Shown here: positions 9,658-18,151 of the stretch, one piece after another | How positions within the stretch are numbered: position 1 is the stretch's first letter | Layout: each line of letters opens with the position of its first letter | Assembly: GCA_030835875.1 (NCBI GenBank) | Contig: JAURQY010000028.1 | Location: forward strand, 1-36,596 | Source of the DNA: Nitriliruptorales bacterium | GTDB lineage: Bacteria > Actinomycetota > Nitriliruptoria > Nitriliruptorales > Nitriliruptoraceae | Direction: 5' to 3' | DNA: 36,596 nucleotides | Notes under the pieces: model-generated | The model's database searches: none | What the model saw: the letters and a program-made list of their open reading frames with translations, nothing else | What the model was told of the DNA's origin: nothing | Made by a program: the position numbers and the translations under genes

Positions 9658-10279
9658 AGCGGAACCTCTCGAGGTCGCTCGGCACGTCGACGTCAGCGAG
9701 CGTGCGCCCGGCGGGGTCGAGTGCGCGCCACTCGGCCTCGTCGACGATGATGGGATCGAGCGCGGCGAGCACGTCCTGCATCCGACGCGTCCCCGCATCG
9801 AGCGCCCCGGTCACCGTCGGGAGCGCGTCACGGCGGTAGGCGGCGAGGAACGGTTCGAGGCCGCGTGGGCCTGCGACCGCGACCGCCTGCGCTCCGGTCG
9901 CGATCGCGCGCTCGCACAGGAGCTGGAGCACGCCCGGCGCCAGCGCCGGGTGGTCGGTCGCGACGACGAGGACGACGTCGCAGCGGGCGCCGGCGAGCGC
10001 GGCCTCGAGGCCGGCGGCCGGACCGACGTCCGCACGCGCGTCGACCGCGAATCGGACCGCATCAACGGCGTCCGGTCCGATCACCGCGGCGAGCGAGGCG
10101 GTGATGGCGCTGCGGTCCGCCGCGTCGGCGACGACGATCTGCACGTCGTCGACGAGCGGGCGCAGGAGCGTGACGGTGCGTGCGAGGAGCGGGACGCCGT
10201 CGACCTCGACGAAGCGCTTGTCCGTGCCGAGCCGCACGGACCGTCCGCCGGCGATCACGGCACCGCCGACCGTCGTCAC
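9656..10279 (-). CDS. mobA: molybdenum cofactor guanylyltransferase (MobA-like nucleotidyltransferase)
   Basis: VTTVGGAVIAGGRSVRLGTDKRFVEVDGVPLL matches the MobA N-terminal LAGG..R(M/L)G.DK motif, and the size is about 207 aa. The GTG start overlaps the uppP stop (GTGA at 10276-10279). The remainder of the 520-aa track ORF is a shadow read-through. Confidence 0.65.
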   Translation of the reverse strand: MTTVGGAVIAGGRSVRLGTDKRFVEVDGVPLLARTVTLLRPLVDDVQIVVADAADRSAITASLAAVIGPDAVDAVRFAVDARADVGPAAGLEAALAGARCDVVLVVATDHPALAPGVLQLLCERAIATGAQAVAVAGPRGLEPFLAAYRRDALPTVTGALDAGTRRMQDVLAALDPIIVDEAEWRALDPAGRTLADVDVPSDLERFR

Positions 10280-11136
10280 GCGCGGACCAGGGCGGCCACG
10301 GAGAGCAGCGCTGCGAGGGCCAGCACGTACGGGACGAAGACGGTGAGTCGACGTCGCGCGACGAACCCGATGAGGAAGCGGATCGCGAGGTAGCCGCTCA
10401 CCGCAGACACGAGCACGCCGAGCGCGATCGATGTCGCATCGAACGCGATCGCTCCGGGCTCGGTCGTCCCGAGGTCGGGCAGCGTCACGAGCGCCGCGCC
10501 GACGGTGACGGGCAGCAGCATGAGGAACGAGAGCCGTGCGGCGGCGCCGCGCGACAGGCCGAGCGCCATGCCCGCAGAGATCGTCGCGCCCGATCGCGAG
10601 ACGCCGGGGAGGATCGCGAGCGCCTGCGTGGCGCCGATGCCGACCGCTCGCGACCACGGGAGCGCGTCGAGCTCGCCGCTCACCGATGTCCGGTCGTCGG
10701 ACGCGGGCTCCGACGTCCCGAGCGTGGTGCGGCGCCGCTCGGCGGACCACAGCAGGAGCGCGGTGACGACGAGGAACGCTGCGACGGCGAGCGGCTCGTC
10801 GAAGGCGGCGCCGATCGCGTCGCGGGCGAGCAGGCCGACGAGCGCCGCGGGGACCGAGGCGACGACGAGCACCGCGAGCAGGCGACGCGCACCTCGCGCC
10901 TCCGCACCCGTGTCGCGCGGCCGCAGCACGCCGCGCACGATGCCGGCGAGGTCGGCGCGGAAGTAGGCGACGACGGCGAGCAGCGTGCCGACGTGCAGCG
11001 CGACGTCGAAGGCCAGGCTGCCCGACGACCAGCCGAGCAGGAACGGGACGGCCTGCAGATGCCCGGACGACGACACCGGGATGAACTCGGTGAGCCCCTG
11101 GACGAGGCCGAGCACGAACGCCTGCAGCAGCAGCAC
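10276..11136 (-). CDS. uppP: undecaprenyl-diphosphate phosphatase
   Basis: Hallmark BacA/UppP motifs GLTEFIPVSSSGH and PGVSRSGATI in a polytopic membrane protein of 286 aa. GTG 11136 is the only start codon in frame upstream of the first motif. The other 500 aa of the 787-aa track ORF are antisense to paralog 2. Confidence 0.9.
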   Translation of the reverse strand: MLLLQAFVLGLVQGLTEFIPVSSSGHLQAVPFLLGWSSGSLAFDVALHVGTLLAVVAYFRADLAGIVRGVLRPRDTGAEARGARRLLAVLVVASVPAALVGLLARDAIGAAFDEPLAVAAFLVVTALLLWSAERRRTTLGTSEPASDDRTSVSGELDALPWSRAVGIGATQALAILPGVSRSGATISAGMALGLSRGAAARLSFLMLLPVTVGAALVTLPDLGTTEPGAIAFDATSIALGVLVSAVSGYLAIRFLIGFVARRRLTVFVPYVLALAALLSVAALVRA

Positions 11137-11241
11137 GGGAGGGCGACCCGCGGGCGACCGGCGCGCGACGCGGGGGGCGACGGGGGAGCGTAGGTCGCAG
11201 GGGTGGGTGTGGCACCATGCCGGACGGACCAGGAGGCCGCG

Positions 11242-12738
11242 GTGCGGGTGCTCGTGCTCGGCGCTACCGGGTACGTCGGCGGGCGGCTCGTCCCCGAGCT
11301 GCTCACCGCCGGCCATCAGGTCCGCTGCGCCGTCCGGAGGCCCGCGAAGCTCGAGGGGCGGACGTGGCGTGACCGCGTCGAGGTGCTCGCCGCGGACGTC
11401 ACCGTGCGTGCCGACATGGACCGTGCCTGTGACGGTGTCGACGCGGTCGTCTACCTCCTGCGCGCGGTCGACGGCCGGCCCGACCTCGTCGACCGCGAGC
11501 GTGACGGCGCTGCCGTCGTGCGCGACGCGGCCGCGGCCGCCGGCGTGGACCGCATCGTCTACCTCGGCGCGCTCGGTGATGCCGCGACGTCGACACGTGC
11601 GGCGGAGCGTCAGGCGATCGGTCGCCTGCTCGCCGACGGACCGGTCGACGTCACCGAGCTGCGCGCGGGCGTGATCATCGGATCGGGCAGCGCGTGGTTC
11701 GAGATGATCCGGCACACCACCGAGCTGCTGCCGCTCATGGTGATCCCGAGCTGGATCGGGACGCGGACGCAGCCGATCGCGATCCGTGACGTGCTCCGCG
11801 CGCTCGTCGACGTGCTCGCGATCGACGCGACCCGGGGCGAGGTCCTCGAACTCGGCGGTCCGGAGGTGCTCACGTTCCGCGAGATGATGCTGCGCTACGC
11901 CGCTGCTGCGGGGCTGCGACGGCGCACGATCCTCGCGGTTCCCGTCGTCACACCGCGGCTGTCCGCGCTGTTCGTCGGCGCGGTGACGCCGCTGCCGACC
12001 CCCGTCGCGCGTCAGCTCCTCGAGGTCCTGCGTGACGACGTCGTCGTGCGCGACGACCGTGCGACGACGCTCGTCCCGTTCCGACGCCACACGTACGACG
12101 AGGCGCTCGCGCTCACCCTCGGACGCATGCGGGTGCTCGACGTCGCGACGACGTGGGCGAGCGCGGGCGGGCCCGATCCGGTCGATGCGGACGATCCGAC
12201 GGCGCCGTCGCCCGACGACCCGTCGTGGGCGGGTGGTGTCCGCTACGAGGACGTGCGCCTGCGCAGGACGCGGATCCCGCGCGCGTACGTCTTCGACGTC
12301 GTGCGCTCGATCGGCGGCTCGCACGGCTGGTTCTCGCCCCGTCTCCTGTGGTCCGCGCGCGGCGCGCTCGACAAGCTGGGCGGCGGCATCGGTGCCGGGC
12401 GTGGACGCCGGCATCCCATCGACCTCGCGGTCGGCGACCCGGTCGACCTGTGGCGTGTCGAGGCGATCGAGCCGCCGTCGCTGCTGCGGCTGCGCGCCGA
12501 GATGCGGGTGCCCGGCGTCGCGTGGCACGAGTATCGGGTGCTCGACGACGGGGTCGCGACCGTGCTCGAGCAGCGGTCGCTCTTCGAGCCGCGCGGGCTC
12601 TGGGGACGCGTCTACTGGTACCTGCTCGCGCCGATGCATGCGGTGCTGTACCCGCGGATGGTCCGGCGGATCGTCCGCGAGGCCGAGCAGGCCTTCGCGG
12701 GCGCGCGCGACGTGTCACGGCGCGAGGACGACGCCTGA
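11242..12738 (+). CDS. NAD(P)-binding SDR/NmrA-like protein with C-terminal DUF2867-like domain (paralog 2)
   Basis: VRVLVLGATGYVGG Rossmann motif, colinear with 8137-9633 over its whole length (roughly 60% aa identity by eye). GTG 11242 is preceded by AGGAGG (11231-11236). Confidence 0.8.
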   Translation: MRVLVLGATGYVGGRLVPELLTAGHQVRCAVRRPAKLEGRTWRDRVEVLAADVTVRADMDRACDGVDAVVYLLRAVDGRPDLVDRERDGAAVVRDAAAAAGVDRIVYLGALGDAATSTRAAERQAIGRLLADGPVDVTELRAGVIIGSGSAWFEMIRHTTELLPLMVIPSWIGTRTQPIAIRDVLRALVDVLAIDATRGEVLELGGPEVLTFREMMLRYAAAAGLRRRTILAVPVVTPRLSALFVGAVTPLPTPVARQLLEVLRDDVVVRDDRATTLVPFRRHTYDEALALTLGRMRVLDVATTWASAGGPDPVDADDPTAPSPDDPSWAGGVRYEDVRLRRTRIPRAYVFDVVRSIGGSHGWFSPRLLWSARGALDKLGGGIGAGRGRRHPIDLAVGDPVDLWRVEAIEPPSLLRLRAEMRVPGVAWHEYRVLDDGVATVLEQRSLFEPRGLWGRVYWYLLAPMHAVLYPRMVRRIVREAEQAFAGARDVSRREDDA

Positions 12739-13395
12739 CAGCGTGCCGCGCAGCGCCGCGGCGGCCACGTCCGCAGCATGCCCGCGTTCCACCTCGAGCC
12801 CGGTGACGTCGCCCTCGACCGAGAGGACGCGGCTGTCCTGCGCGAGCGTCCGGCCCGAGCCGTCACCGGCGACGCCGACGAGATCGACACGTGCCTCGAC
12901 GGGGATGCCGTGCAGGAGCTCGGCGGGGACGGCGACCGCAGCGAGGCCGGACGCGAGCCGCGCGAGCGGTCCGTCGTCACGGACATGGGACGCGGTCAGG
13001 ACCGTGCCCGTGGTCACGCCCGAGGTGAGCCGCATGTCGATGAGCTCCTCCGCGGCCGCCAGCGCCGCGGGCGGGACGATGGTCTCCGGCCAGCGTGCGA
13101 CGGCGACGTCCGTCGCGCCCACCGCGTCGCCGCTCTGCAGCTCGCGGGTCGCGACCAGGACCGCGACGGGCGGCCCGTAGGGGGAGAGGAGGACGCGGAG
13201 CATCACGACGGTGACGGTCGCGACGGCAGCGAGCAGACCGATCCCGCTGCGTGCTCGTGGCGTGAGGCGCCACCAGCCCTCCGCGATCCGGTCCAGGACC
13301 GAAGGGAGGCGGAGGGGCGGTCCGGGCAGCCACGACGTGGCGCGAGGTGCGTCCGCGTCGTGCGCCCGGACCCGGATGCGGAGGGCCGGTGGCAT
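12715..13395 (-). CDS. SAF-domain membrane-anchored protein (CpaB/Flp-assembly-like fold, function unknown)
   Basis: One TM segment (GIGLLAAVATVTVVMLRVLL) is followed by VAVLVATRELQSGDAVGATDVAVARWP...VP..AL, which is typical of SAF domains. The position downstream of the FmdB gene is conserved in actinobacteria. The start is uncertain (I chose ATG 13395), and the 3' end overlaps paralog 2 convergently by 24 nt. Confidence 0.55.
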   Translation of the reverse strand: MPPALRIRVRAHDADAPRATSWLPGPPLRLPSVLDRIAEGWWRLTPRARSGIGLLAAVATVTVVMLRVLLSPYGPPVAVLVATRELQSGDAVGATDVAVARWPETIVPPAALAAAEELIDMRLTSGVTTGTVLTASHVRDDGPLARLASGLAAVAVPAELLHGIPVEARVDLVGVAGDGSGRTLAQDSRVLSVEGDVTGLEVERGHAADVAAAALRGTLSGVVLAP

Positions 13396-13477
13396 GGGAC
13401 GCAGTCCACCGCATCGTCCGTCGCGGTGACGGACCGATCCGTGACCTGTGGACGACGGCGCGCGCGCCGCCGGAGGG

Positions 13478-13813
13478 TCAGTCGCTGCTGCTCGCCGTGT
13501 CGCTCTTCGACGGGGTGCTGCTCGTCGAGGGTGTCGTCGACGTCGACGACGAACCGCTCGACGTCGCGTCGCTCGATGACGCGCCACCCGACGAGCCGCC
13601 GGACGTGCTCCCTGACGAGCCGCCCGACGAGCCGCCCGACGCATAGTCCTTGACGTGCCAGCCGGAGCCCTTGAAGATCAGGCCGGCCGCGGAGAAAACC
13701 TTGCGCAGCTCGCCGCCGCACGCCTCGCAGACGGACAGCGGGTCGTCGCTGAACGACTGGACCACCTCGAGGCGTTCCCCGCAGGAACGGCAGAGGTACT
13801 CATAGGTCGGCAT
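13478..13813 (-). CDS. FmdB-family zinc-ribbon protein with Ser/Gly-rich disordered tail (Ruc/Rv0991c-like)
   Basis: MPTYEYLCRSCGERLEVVQSFSDDPLSVCEACGGELRKVFS is the CxxC...CxxC FmdB signature. The C-terminal approx 55 aa are almost only S/G/T. Confidence 0.85.
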   Translation of the reverse strand: MPTYEYLCRSCGERLEVVQSFSDDPLSVCEACGGELRKVFSAAGLIFKGSGWHVKDYASGGSSGGSSGSTSGGSSGGASSSDATSSGSSSTSTTPSTSSTPSKSDTASSSD

Positions 13814-13844
13814 GGTCGTCTCCTGGGGCGAAGCGTCGCGGATG

Positions 13845-14477
13845 CTATGCCGGCCCGACGGTGCGGGTCATCGGGCTGCGCCGCACCGACGCATCCGTCA
13901 CCACGAGGTCGACGCTCGCATCGTGCGCCTCGACGGGCAGGGCGTCGCGGACGAGCGGCTCGATGCAGACCCCGATCCGCACGGCTCCGCGGAGCTGCGG
14001 GAGCAGGCGGTCGTACATCCCGGCGCCGCGGCCGAGGCGGGCTCCCGCAGGGGTGAACGCGACGCCGGGGACGACGACGGCACCGACGGCATCGGCTCCG
14101 ACGGGGTCCCCGGAGGGCTCGCGGATGCCGCGATGTCCGGTCGCGAGCGGCGTGCCCGGCGGACAGGGGACCGGGACGATCGCGCCATGCTCGACGCGAG
14201 GGAGGAGCACCCGCCAGCCGGCCGGCGGGGCCGTGATCAGCGCGTCGAGCGACACTTCGTCGGGGTCCGCCGCGTAGAGGAGGAGTCCACGAAGGGCGCC
14301 GTCACTCCCCGCTGCGGACGCCGGCGTCGGTCCGGCGAGCTCGGGGAGCGTCCGCAGCGCGGCGACGACCGCTGACGATGCTGCTGCGATGTGGTCGCTC
14401 GGGTTCGCACGGCGCCAGGCGAGCAGCTCGTCGCGCAGGGCGCGCTTGGCCGAGACGACGTCCCCGTCGGTCGTCAC
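13845..14477 (-). CDS. 5-formyltetrahydrofolate cyclo-ligase
   Basis: AKRALRDELLAWRR... and the C-terminal motifs VVPGVAFTPAGARLGRGAGMYDR and EAHD..VDLVVTD are characteristic. GTG 14477 is preceded by GGAGG (complement of 14483-14487). GTG 14528 is the longest alternative start. Confidence 0.8.
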   Translation of the reverse strand: MTTDGDVVSAKRALRDELLAWRRANPSDHIAAASSAVVAALRTLPELAGPTPASAAGSDGALRGLLLYAADPDEVSLDALITAPPAGWRVLLPRVEHGAIVPVPCPPGTPLATGHRGIREPSGDPVGADAVGAVVVPGVAFTPAGARLGRGAGMYDRLLPQLRGAVRIGVCIEPLVRDALPVEAHDASVDLVVTDASVRRSPMTRTVGPA

Positions 14478-14602
14478 GCGTGCCTCCGTGCGTCCGCTGC
14501 GGCCGGTCCGGTCGGAGCGTAGGTCCACGGTGGGCGTGAAGGTCCGCCAGTACGCTCGACCGCCCGCCGCGAGGGGTGGCGATGGCGTGCGCAGGAGGTC
14601 CC

Positions 14603-15511
14603 GTGGTCCGCACCGCCGTCGTCCCTGTCGCCGGGCTGGGGACCCGTTTCCTGCCCGCCACCAAGGTGGTGCCGAAGGAGATGCTCCCGATCGTCGACCG
14701 CCCCGCCATCCAGTACATCGTCGAGGAGGCGGTCCACAACGGCATCGGGGACGTTCTGCTCATCACCGCGTCGGGCAAGTCCGCCATCGAAGACCACTTC
14801 GACCGGCGCGTCGACCTCGAGGTCGCCCTCGCCGACAAGGGTCGTGACGCCGACCTCGCCGAGGTCCGTCGGCTCTCCGAGCTCGCGACCATCCACTCGG
14901 TGCGCCAGCCCGAGCCGCTCGGCCTCGGCCACGCCGTCCGCATGGCCGCGGGGCACGTCGCGGAGGACGAGGGCTTCGCCGTACTGCTCGGTGACGACCT
15001 GCTCGAGCCGGGGTCGACGTTCCTGTCCCGCATGGTCGCGGCGCACGAGCGCACCGGTGCCGCGGTCGTCGCGCTCATGCGCGTCGACGACCCCGAGCGG
15101 CTCGCGCAGTACGGCGTCGTCGACGCCGTGCCCGGGGAGCGGGAGGGCGAGGTGCTCGTCCGCGACCTCGTCGAGAAGCCCGCACCCGGGACCGCACCGT
15201 CCGACCTCGCCGTCATCGGCCGCTACGTGCTGCCCGGTCGCATCCTTGGCGTCCTGCGCGACACGCTGCCGGGACGCGGGGGTGAGATCCAGCTGACCGA
15301 CGCCCTGCGCACGCTCGCCGCCGAGCGGCCGATCGTCGGACTCGTGCTCGACGAGCCACGTCACGACGCGGGGGACCGGCTCGGGTTCCTCACCGCGACG
15401 CTCGCCTTCGCCGCGCAGCGTCCCGACCTCGGCCCTGACCTCATCGCATGGCTGCGCGAGCATCTCGACGAGCTCGCGCAGCGCGCCGACAGCACCGGGA
15501 GGACCGCATGA
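14603..15511 (+). CDS. galU: UTP--glucose-1-phosphate uridylyltransferase
   Basis: VVRTAVVPVAGLGTRFLPATKVVPKEMLPIVDRPAIQYIVEEA is the canonical GalU N-terminus. GTG 14603 follows AGGAGG (14593-14598). Alternative starts are GTG 14576 and ATG 14582. Confidence 0.9.
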   Translation: MVRTAVVPVAGLGTRFLPATKVVPKEMLPIVDRPAIQYIVEEAVHNGIGDVLLITASGKSAIEDHFDRRVDLEVALADKGRDADLAEVRRLSELATIHSVRQPEPLGLGHAVRMAAGHVAEDEGFAVLLGDDLLEPGSTFLSRMVAAHERTGAAVVALMRVDDPERLAQYGVVDAVPGEREGEVLVRDLVEKPAPGTAPSDLAVIGRYVLPGRILGVLRDTLPGRGGEIQLTDALRTLAAERPIVGLVLDEPRHDAGDRLGFLTATLAFAAQRPDLGPDLIAWLREHLDELAQRADSTGRTA

Positions 15512-16773
15512 GCCGCTTCGTCGGGCACGGCCAGGACGAGGTGACCCCCGCCGACCAGCTGACGCCGGTCGAGGCGCACCTCGACGCCATCCTCGCGATG
15601 CTGCCCCGTCCCGAGCCGATCGCGCTGCGGACGGCGGACGCGCTCGGGCTCGTGCTGGCCGAGACCGCCGTCTGCGAGGTGACGCTCCCGGCGACGGACA
15701 ACTCCGCGATGGACGGCTATGCGCTGATCGCGGACGACCTCGCCGCCGCCTCGCGCGCGCAGCCCGTGCGGCTCGCGGTCACCGGTGAGGTCGTCGCCGG
15801 CGCGGAGGATCCCCCCACGGTCGCACGCGGCACGTGCGTGCGCATCATGACCGGTGCGCCGATCCCGCCCGGTGCGGACGCGGTCGTCCCCGTCGAGCTC
15901 ACCGTCGCCGAGGAGGGGGACCGTGTCGCGTTCCATCTGACCGCGCGTGTCGGGGACAACATCCGCCGTGCGGGTGAGGACCTCGTCCCCGGCACGGAGC
16001 TCGTCGCTGCCGGCCGCAGGGTCGCGCCCGCGGACGTCGCGCTGCTCACCGCCGCCGGGGTGACGAGCGTCGTCTGCATCCCCGCGCCGCGCGTGGTGAT
16101 CATGTCGACCGGTGACGAGCTCGTCCCTGCGGACCGCGAGCCGGCGCCGGGACGCGTGCGCGACTCGAACGGTCCGATGCTCGCCGCGATGGTGCGGGCG
16201 ACCGGCGGTGTGCCGTTCGTCACGGGTGCCGTCCCCGACGACCACGACGCGCTGCGTGAGGCCTTCGAGTCGAACCTCGGCCACGCGGACCTCTTCGTCT
16301 GCACGGGTGGAGCGAGCGCGGGGACGCGCGACCTGCTCGCCGACGTCATCGCCGAGCTCGGCGACGTCGAGTCGGTGAAGGTGGCGATGCGGCCCGGGAT
16401 GCCGCAGATCCGCGGTCGGATCGGCGTCGTCCCCGTCATCGGGCTGCCGGGGAACCCGGTCTCCTCCTACGTGTCCTTCGAGGTCTTCGTGCGTCCGGCG
16501 ATCCGTGCCCTGCAGGGTCGGCGCGACGTGCACCGGCCGACCGTCGTCGCGCGCGCCATCGAGCCCCTCAGCGCGCCACCGCACAAGCGCGGCTACCTGC
16601 GCGTCCGGCTCGCCCGCGAGGGCGCAGGTTGGACCGTGCGTCCGACCGGTGCGCAGGGCTCGCACCTCGTGACCTCGATCGCGCAGGCCGACGGACTCGC
16701 CGTCGTCCCCGAGGCCGTGACCGAGGTCAAGGTCGGCGACGAGGTCCGCGTCATGCTCCTGGTCGACGGATGA
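15508..16773 (+). CDS. moeA: MoeA-family molybdopterin molybdenumtransferase / gephyrin-like protein (candidate divisome protein Glp)
   Basis: MoeA motifs [21 protein letters not shown] and GNPVSS. The ATG overlaps the galU stop (ATGA at 15508-15511) and GGGAGG lies upstream. Confidence 0.85.
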   Translation: MSRFVGHGQDEVTPADQLTPVEAHLDAILAMLPRPEPIALRTADALGLVLAETAVCEVTLPATDNSAMDGYALIADDLAAASRAQPVRLAVTGEVVAGAEDPPTVARGTCVRIMTGAPIPPGADAVVPVELTVAEEGDRVAFHLTARVGDNIRRAGEDLVPGTELVAAGRRVAPADVALLTAAGVTSVVCIPAPRVVIMSTGDELVPADREPAPGRVRDSNGPMLAAMVRATGGVPFVTGAVPDDHDALREAFESNLGHADLFVCTGGASAGTRDLLADVIAELGDVESVKVAMRPGMPQIRGRIGVVPVIGLPGNPVSSYVSFEVFVRPAIRALQGRRDVHRPTVVARAIEPLSAPPHKRGYLRVRLAREGAGWTVRPTGAQGSHLVTSIAQADGLAVVPEAVTEVKVGDEVRVMLLVDG

Positions 16774-17279
16774 CGGGCGACGCGCGCGACGGTGCGCCGG
16801 CGCTCACTCACCTCGACGAGCGGGGCGCGGCCCGCATGGTGGACGTCGGCGCGAAGGACGTCACCGAGCGCACCGCCGTCGCGACCTGCCGGGTCGAGCT
16901 CGCACCGGCCACGGCGGCACTGCTCGCCGACGGGGCGCTCCCGAAGGGCGACGCGATCGCGCTCGCACGTGTCGCCGGTATCCAGGCGGCGAAGCGCACG
17001 CCGGACCTGATCCCGCTCTGCCATCAGATCGCGTTGACCGGTGTGACCGTCGACCTCGAGGTCGATCGCAAGGCGGGCGTCGTCACGATCGCCGCCACCG
17101 TGCGCGCGAAGGACCGCACCGGTGTCGAGATGGAGGCGCTCACCGCCGCATCGGTCGCCGCCCTCACCGTGTACGACCTCGTCAAGGCCGTGCAGCGCGA
17201 TGCGGTGATCGCCGACCTCCGGCTCGTGCGCAAGACCGGCGGTCGGTCCGGCGACGTCGGGACCGCCGCCGCGGGCTGA
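16770..17279 (+). CDS. moaC: cyclic pyranopterin monophosphate synthase
   Basis: [27 protein letters not shown]...[27 protein letters not shown]...[19 protein letters not shown] is a full-length MoaC match. The ATG overlaps the moeA stop (ATGA at 16770-16773). Confidence 0.9.
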   Translation: MTGDARDGAPALTHLDERGAARMVDVGAKDVTERTAVATCRVELAPATAALLADGALPKGDAIALARVAGIQAAKRTPDLIPLCHQIALTGVTVDLEVDRKAGVVTIAATVRAKDRTGVEMEALTAASVAALTVYDLVKAVQRDAVIADLRLVRKTGGRSGDVGTAAAG

Positions 17280-17282
17280 CGT

Positions 17283-17318
17283 CGCAGGTCGAATGGTCCC
17301 CTTCGGACGCGACCTGCG
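17283..17318 (+). terminator. stem-loop immediately after moaC (putative I-shaped intrinsic terminator)
   Basis: CGCAGGTCG (17283-17291) pairs perfectly with CGACCTGCG (17310-17318). An inner stem GTCC/GGAC encloses a 5-nt loop. The structure starts 4 nt after the moaC stop. There is no U tract, which is common in high-GC actinobacteria. Confidence 0.4.
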
Positions 17319-17438
17319 GCGGTCACGCCTCCACGGTCCGTACGGGCCAGGTTGTTACGGTCCAGACACCCGGTGACCCGGGTCCGTGCGGCCGGACGCG
17401 GCTGACGCGGTCGGACGGACCATGGAGGCGGTGGCCCG

Positions 17439-17981
17439 GTGCGTGCGGTCAACCCGTCGCTCTTGCTCCTCATCCTCGTCTGGGTCGCCATCCTGCTCCC
17501 TGGCGCACTACGGTCCCGCCTTCGCCCGTCGCCTCGGGCGTCGGTCGGAGGGTTCCAGCGCACCATGGACGGGCTCAGGGTCCAACATCAGGTCGTCTCG
17601 ACGCATGTGCCCGCATCCTCGGCGCCCTCCGTCGCGTCGACCTCGACGGTCCGTCCGCTCGCCCGTCGCGAGGACCCGGTCGTCGCCCGCCGCCGGCGAC
17701 GCACCCTCCGGCTGCTCGGCCTGACCGTCGTCATGCTCGGTCTCGCGCCGTTCCTCGGTGGTGCCATGTGGGCCGTCACCGGCACGCTCGTCGTCGCCTC
17801 GGTCGCGACCCTCATCATCCTGCGACGGCTGAAGCTGCAGCGCGACGCGGCGCGCACCGTGCTCGTGTCGCTCGACCTCCGTCGGCCGGCGCAGCCGCTC
17901 GTCGACGAGATCACCGGCGAGCTCGTCGTCGCGGCCGGCAGCTCGGCCTCGGCCGTCCGCCTGCCGTCCTGGCGGGGCTGA
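17439..17981 (+). CDS. membrane protein resembling divisome protein SepX/GlpR
   Basis: N-terminal TM (NPSLLLLILVWVAILLPGAL) is followed by a basic stretch, then further TM segments near the C-terminus. The position downstream of galU-moeA matches the conserved glp-glpR neighbourhood. GTG 17439 has GGAGG 10 nt upstream. The call rests on architecture and context, not on a computed alignment. Confidence 0.5.
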   Translation: MRAVNPSLLLLILVWVAILLPGALRSRLRPSPRASVGGFQRTMDGLRVQHQVVSTHVPASSAPSVASTSTVRPLARREDPVVARRRRRTLRLLGLTVVMLGLAPFLGGAMWAVTGTLVVASVATLIILRRLKLQRDAARTVLVSLDLRRPAQPLVDEITGELVVAAGSSASAVRLPSWRG

Positions 17982-18039
17982 CGGCGCCGCTGCGGCCGAC
18001 AGCCGCCCTGGGCCCGGCGCTACACTCCGCCGACCCTTC

Positions 18040-18116
18040 GGGGGTGTAGCTCAGCCTGGCAGAGCGCTTCGTTCGCAACGAAGAAGTCGTCGGTTCAAAT
18101 CCGATCACCTCCACCA
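18040..18116 (+). tRNA. tRNA-Ala (anticodon CGC), CCA encoded
   Basis: Hand-folded cloverleaf. The acceptor stem GGGGGTG/CACCTCC carries the G3:U70 alanine identity pair. D arm is GCTC-AGCCTGGCA-GAGC, anticodon arm CTTCG-TTCGCAA-CGAAG, T arm GTCGG-TTCAAAT-CCGAT, then discriminator A and CCA. A TACACT -10-like hexamer sits at 18021-18026. Confidence 0.9.
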
Positions 18117-18151
18117 CCGTCACGTGTCCGGATCCGGACGGGCGAGGGCGC

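Noticed and set aside
8044-9798. 584-aa minus-strand ORF, similar to the 5' two-thirds of ORF 10276-12639
   Set aside because: Both are antisense to the two SDR+DUF2867 paralogs. Their mutual similarity is just the mirror of the sense-strand paralogy and does not indicate a second gene family.
10280-11218. Upstream 313 aa of the 520-aa ORF 9656-11218
   Set aside because: This part overlaps uppP in another frame and is Arg/Ala/Pro-rich junk. Only the C-terminal 207 aa (from GTG 10279) resemble MobA.
13478-13650. Short tandem repeats that might suggest a CRISPR or VNTR locus
   Set aside because: The repeats are 11-12 nt, lie inside a well-supported CDS and encode its Ser/Gly tail. There is no spacer/repeat architecture and there are no cas genes.
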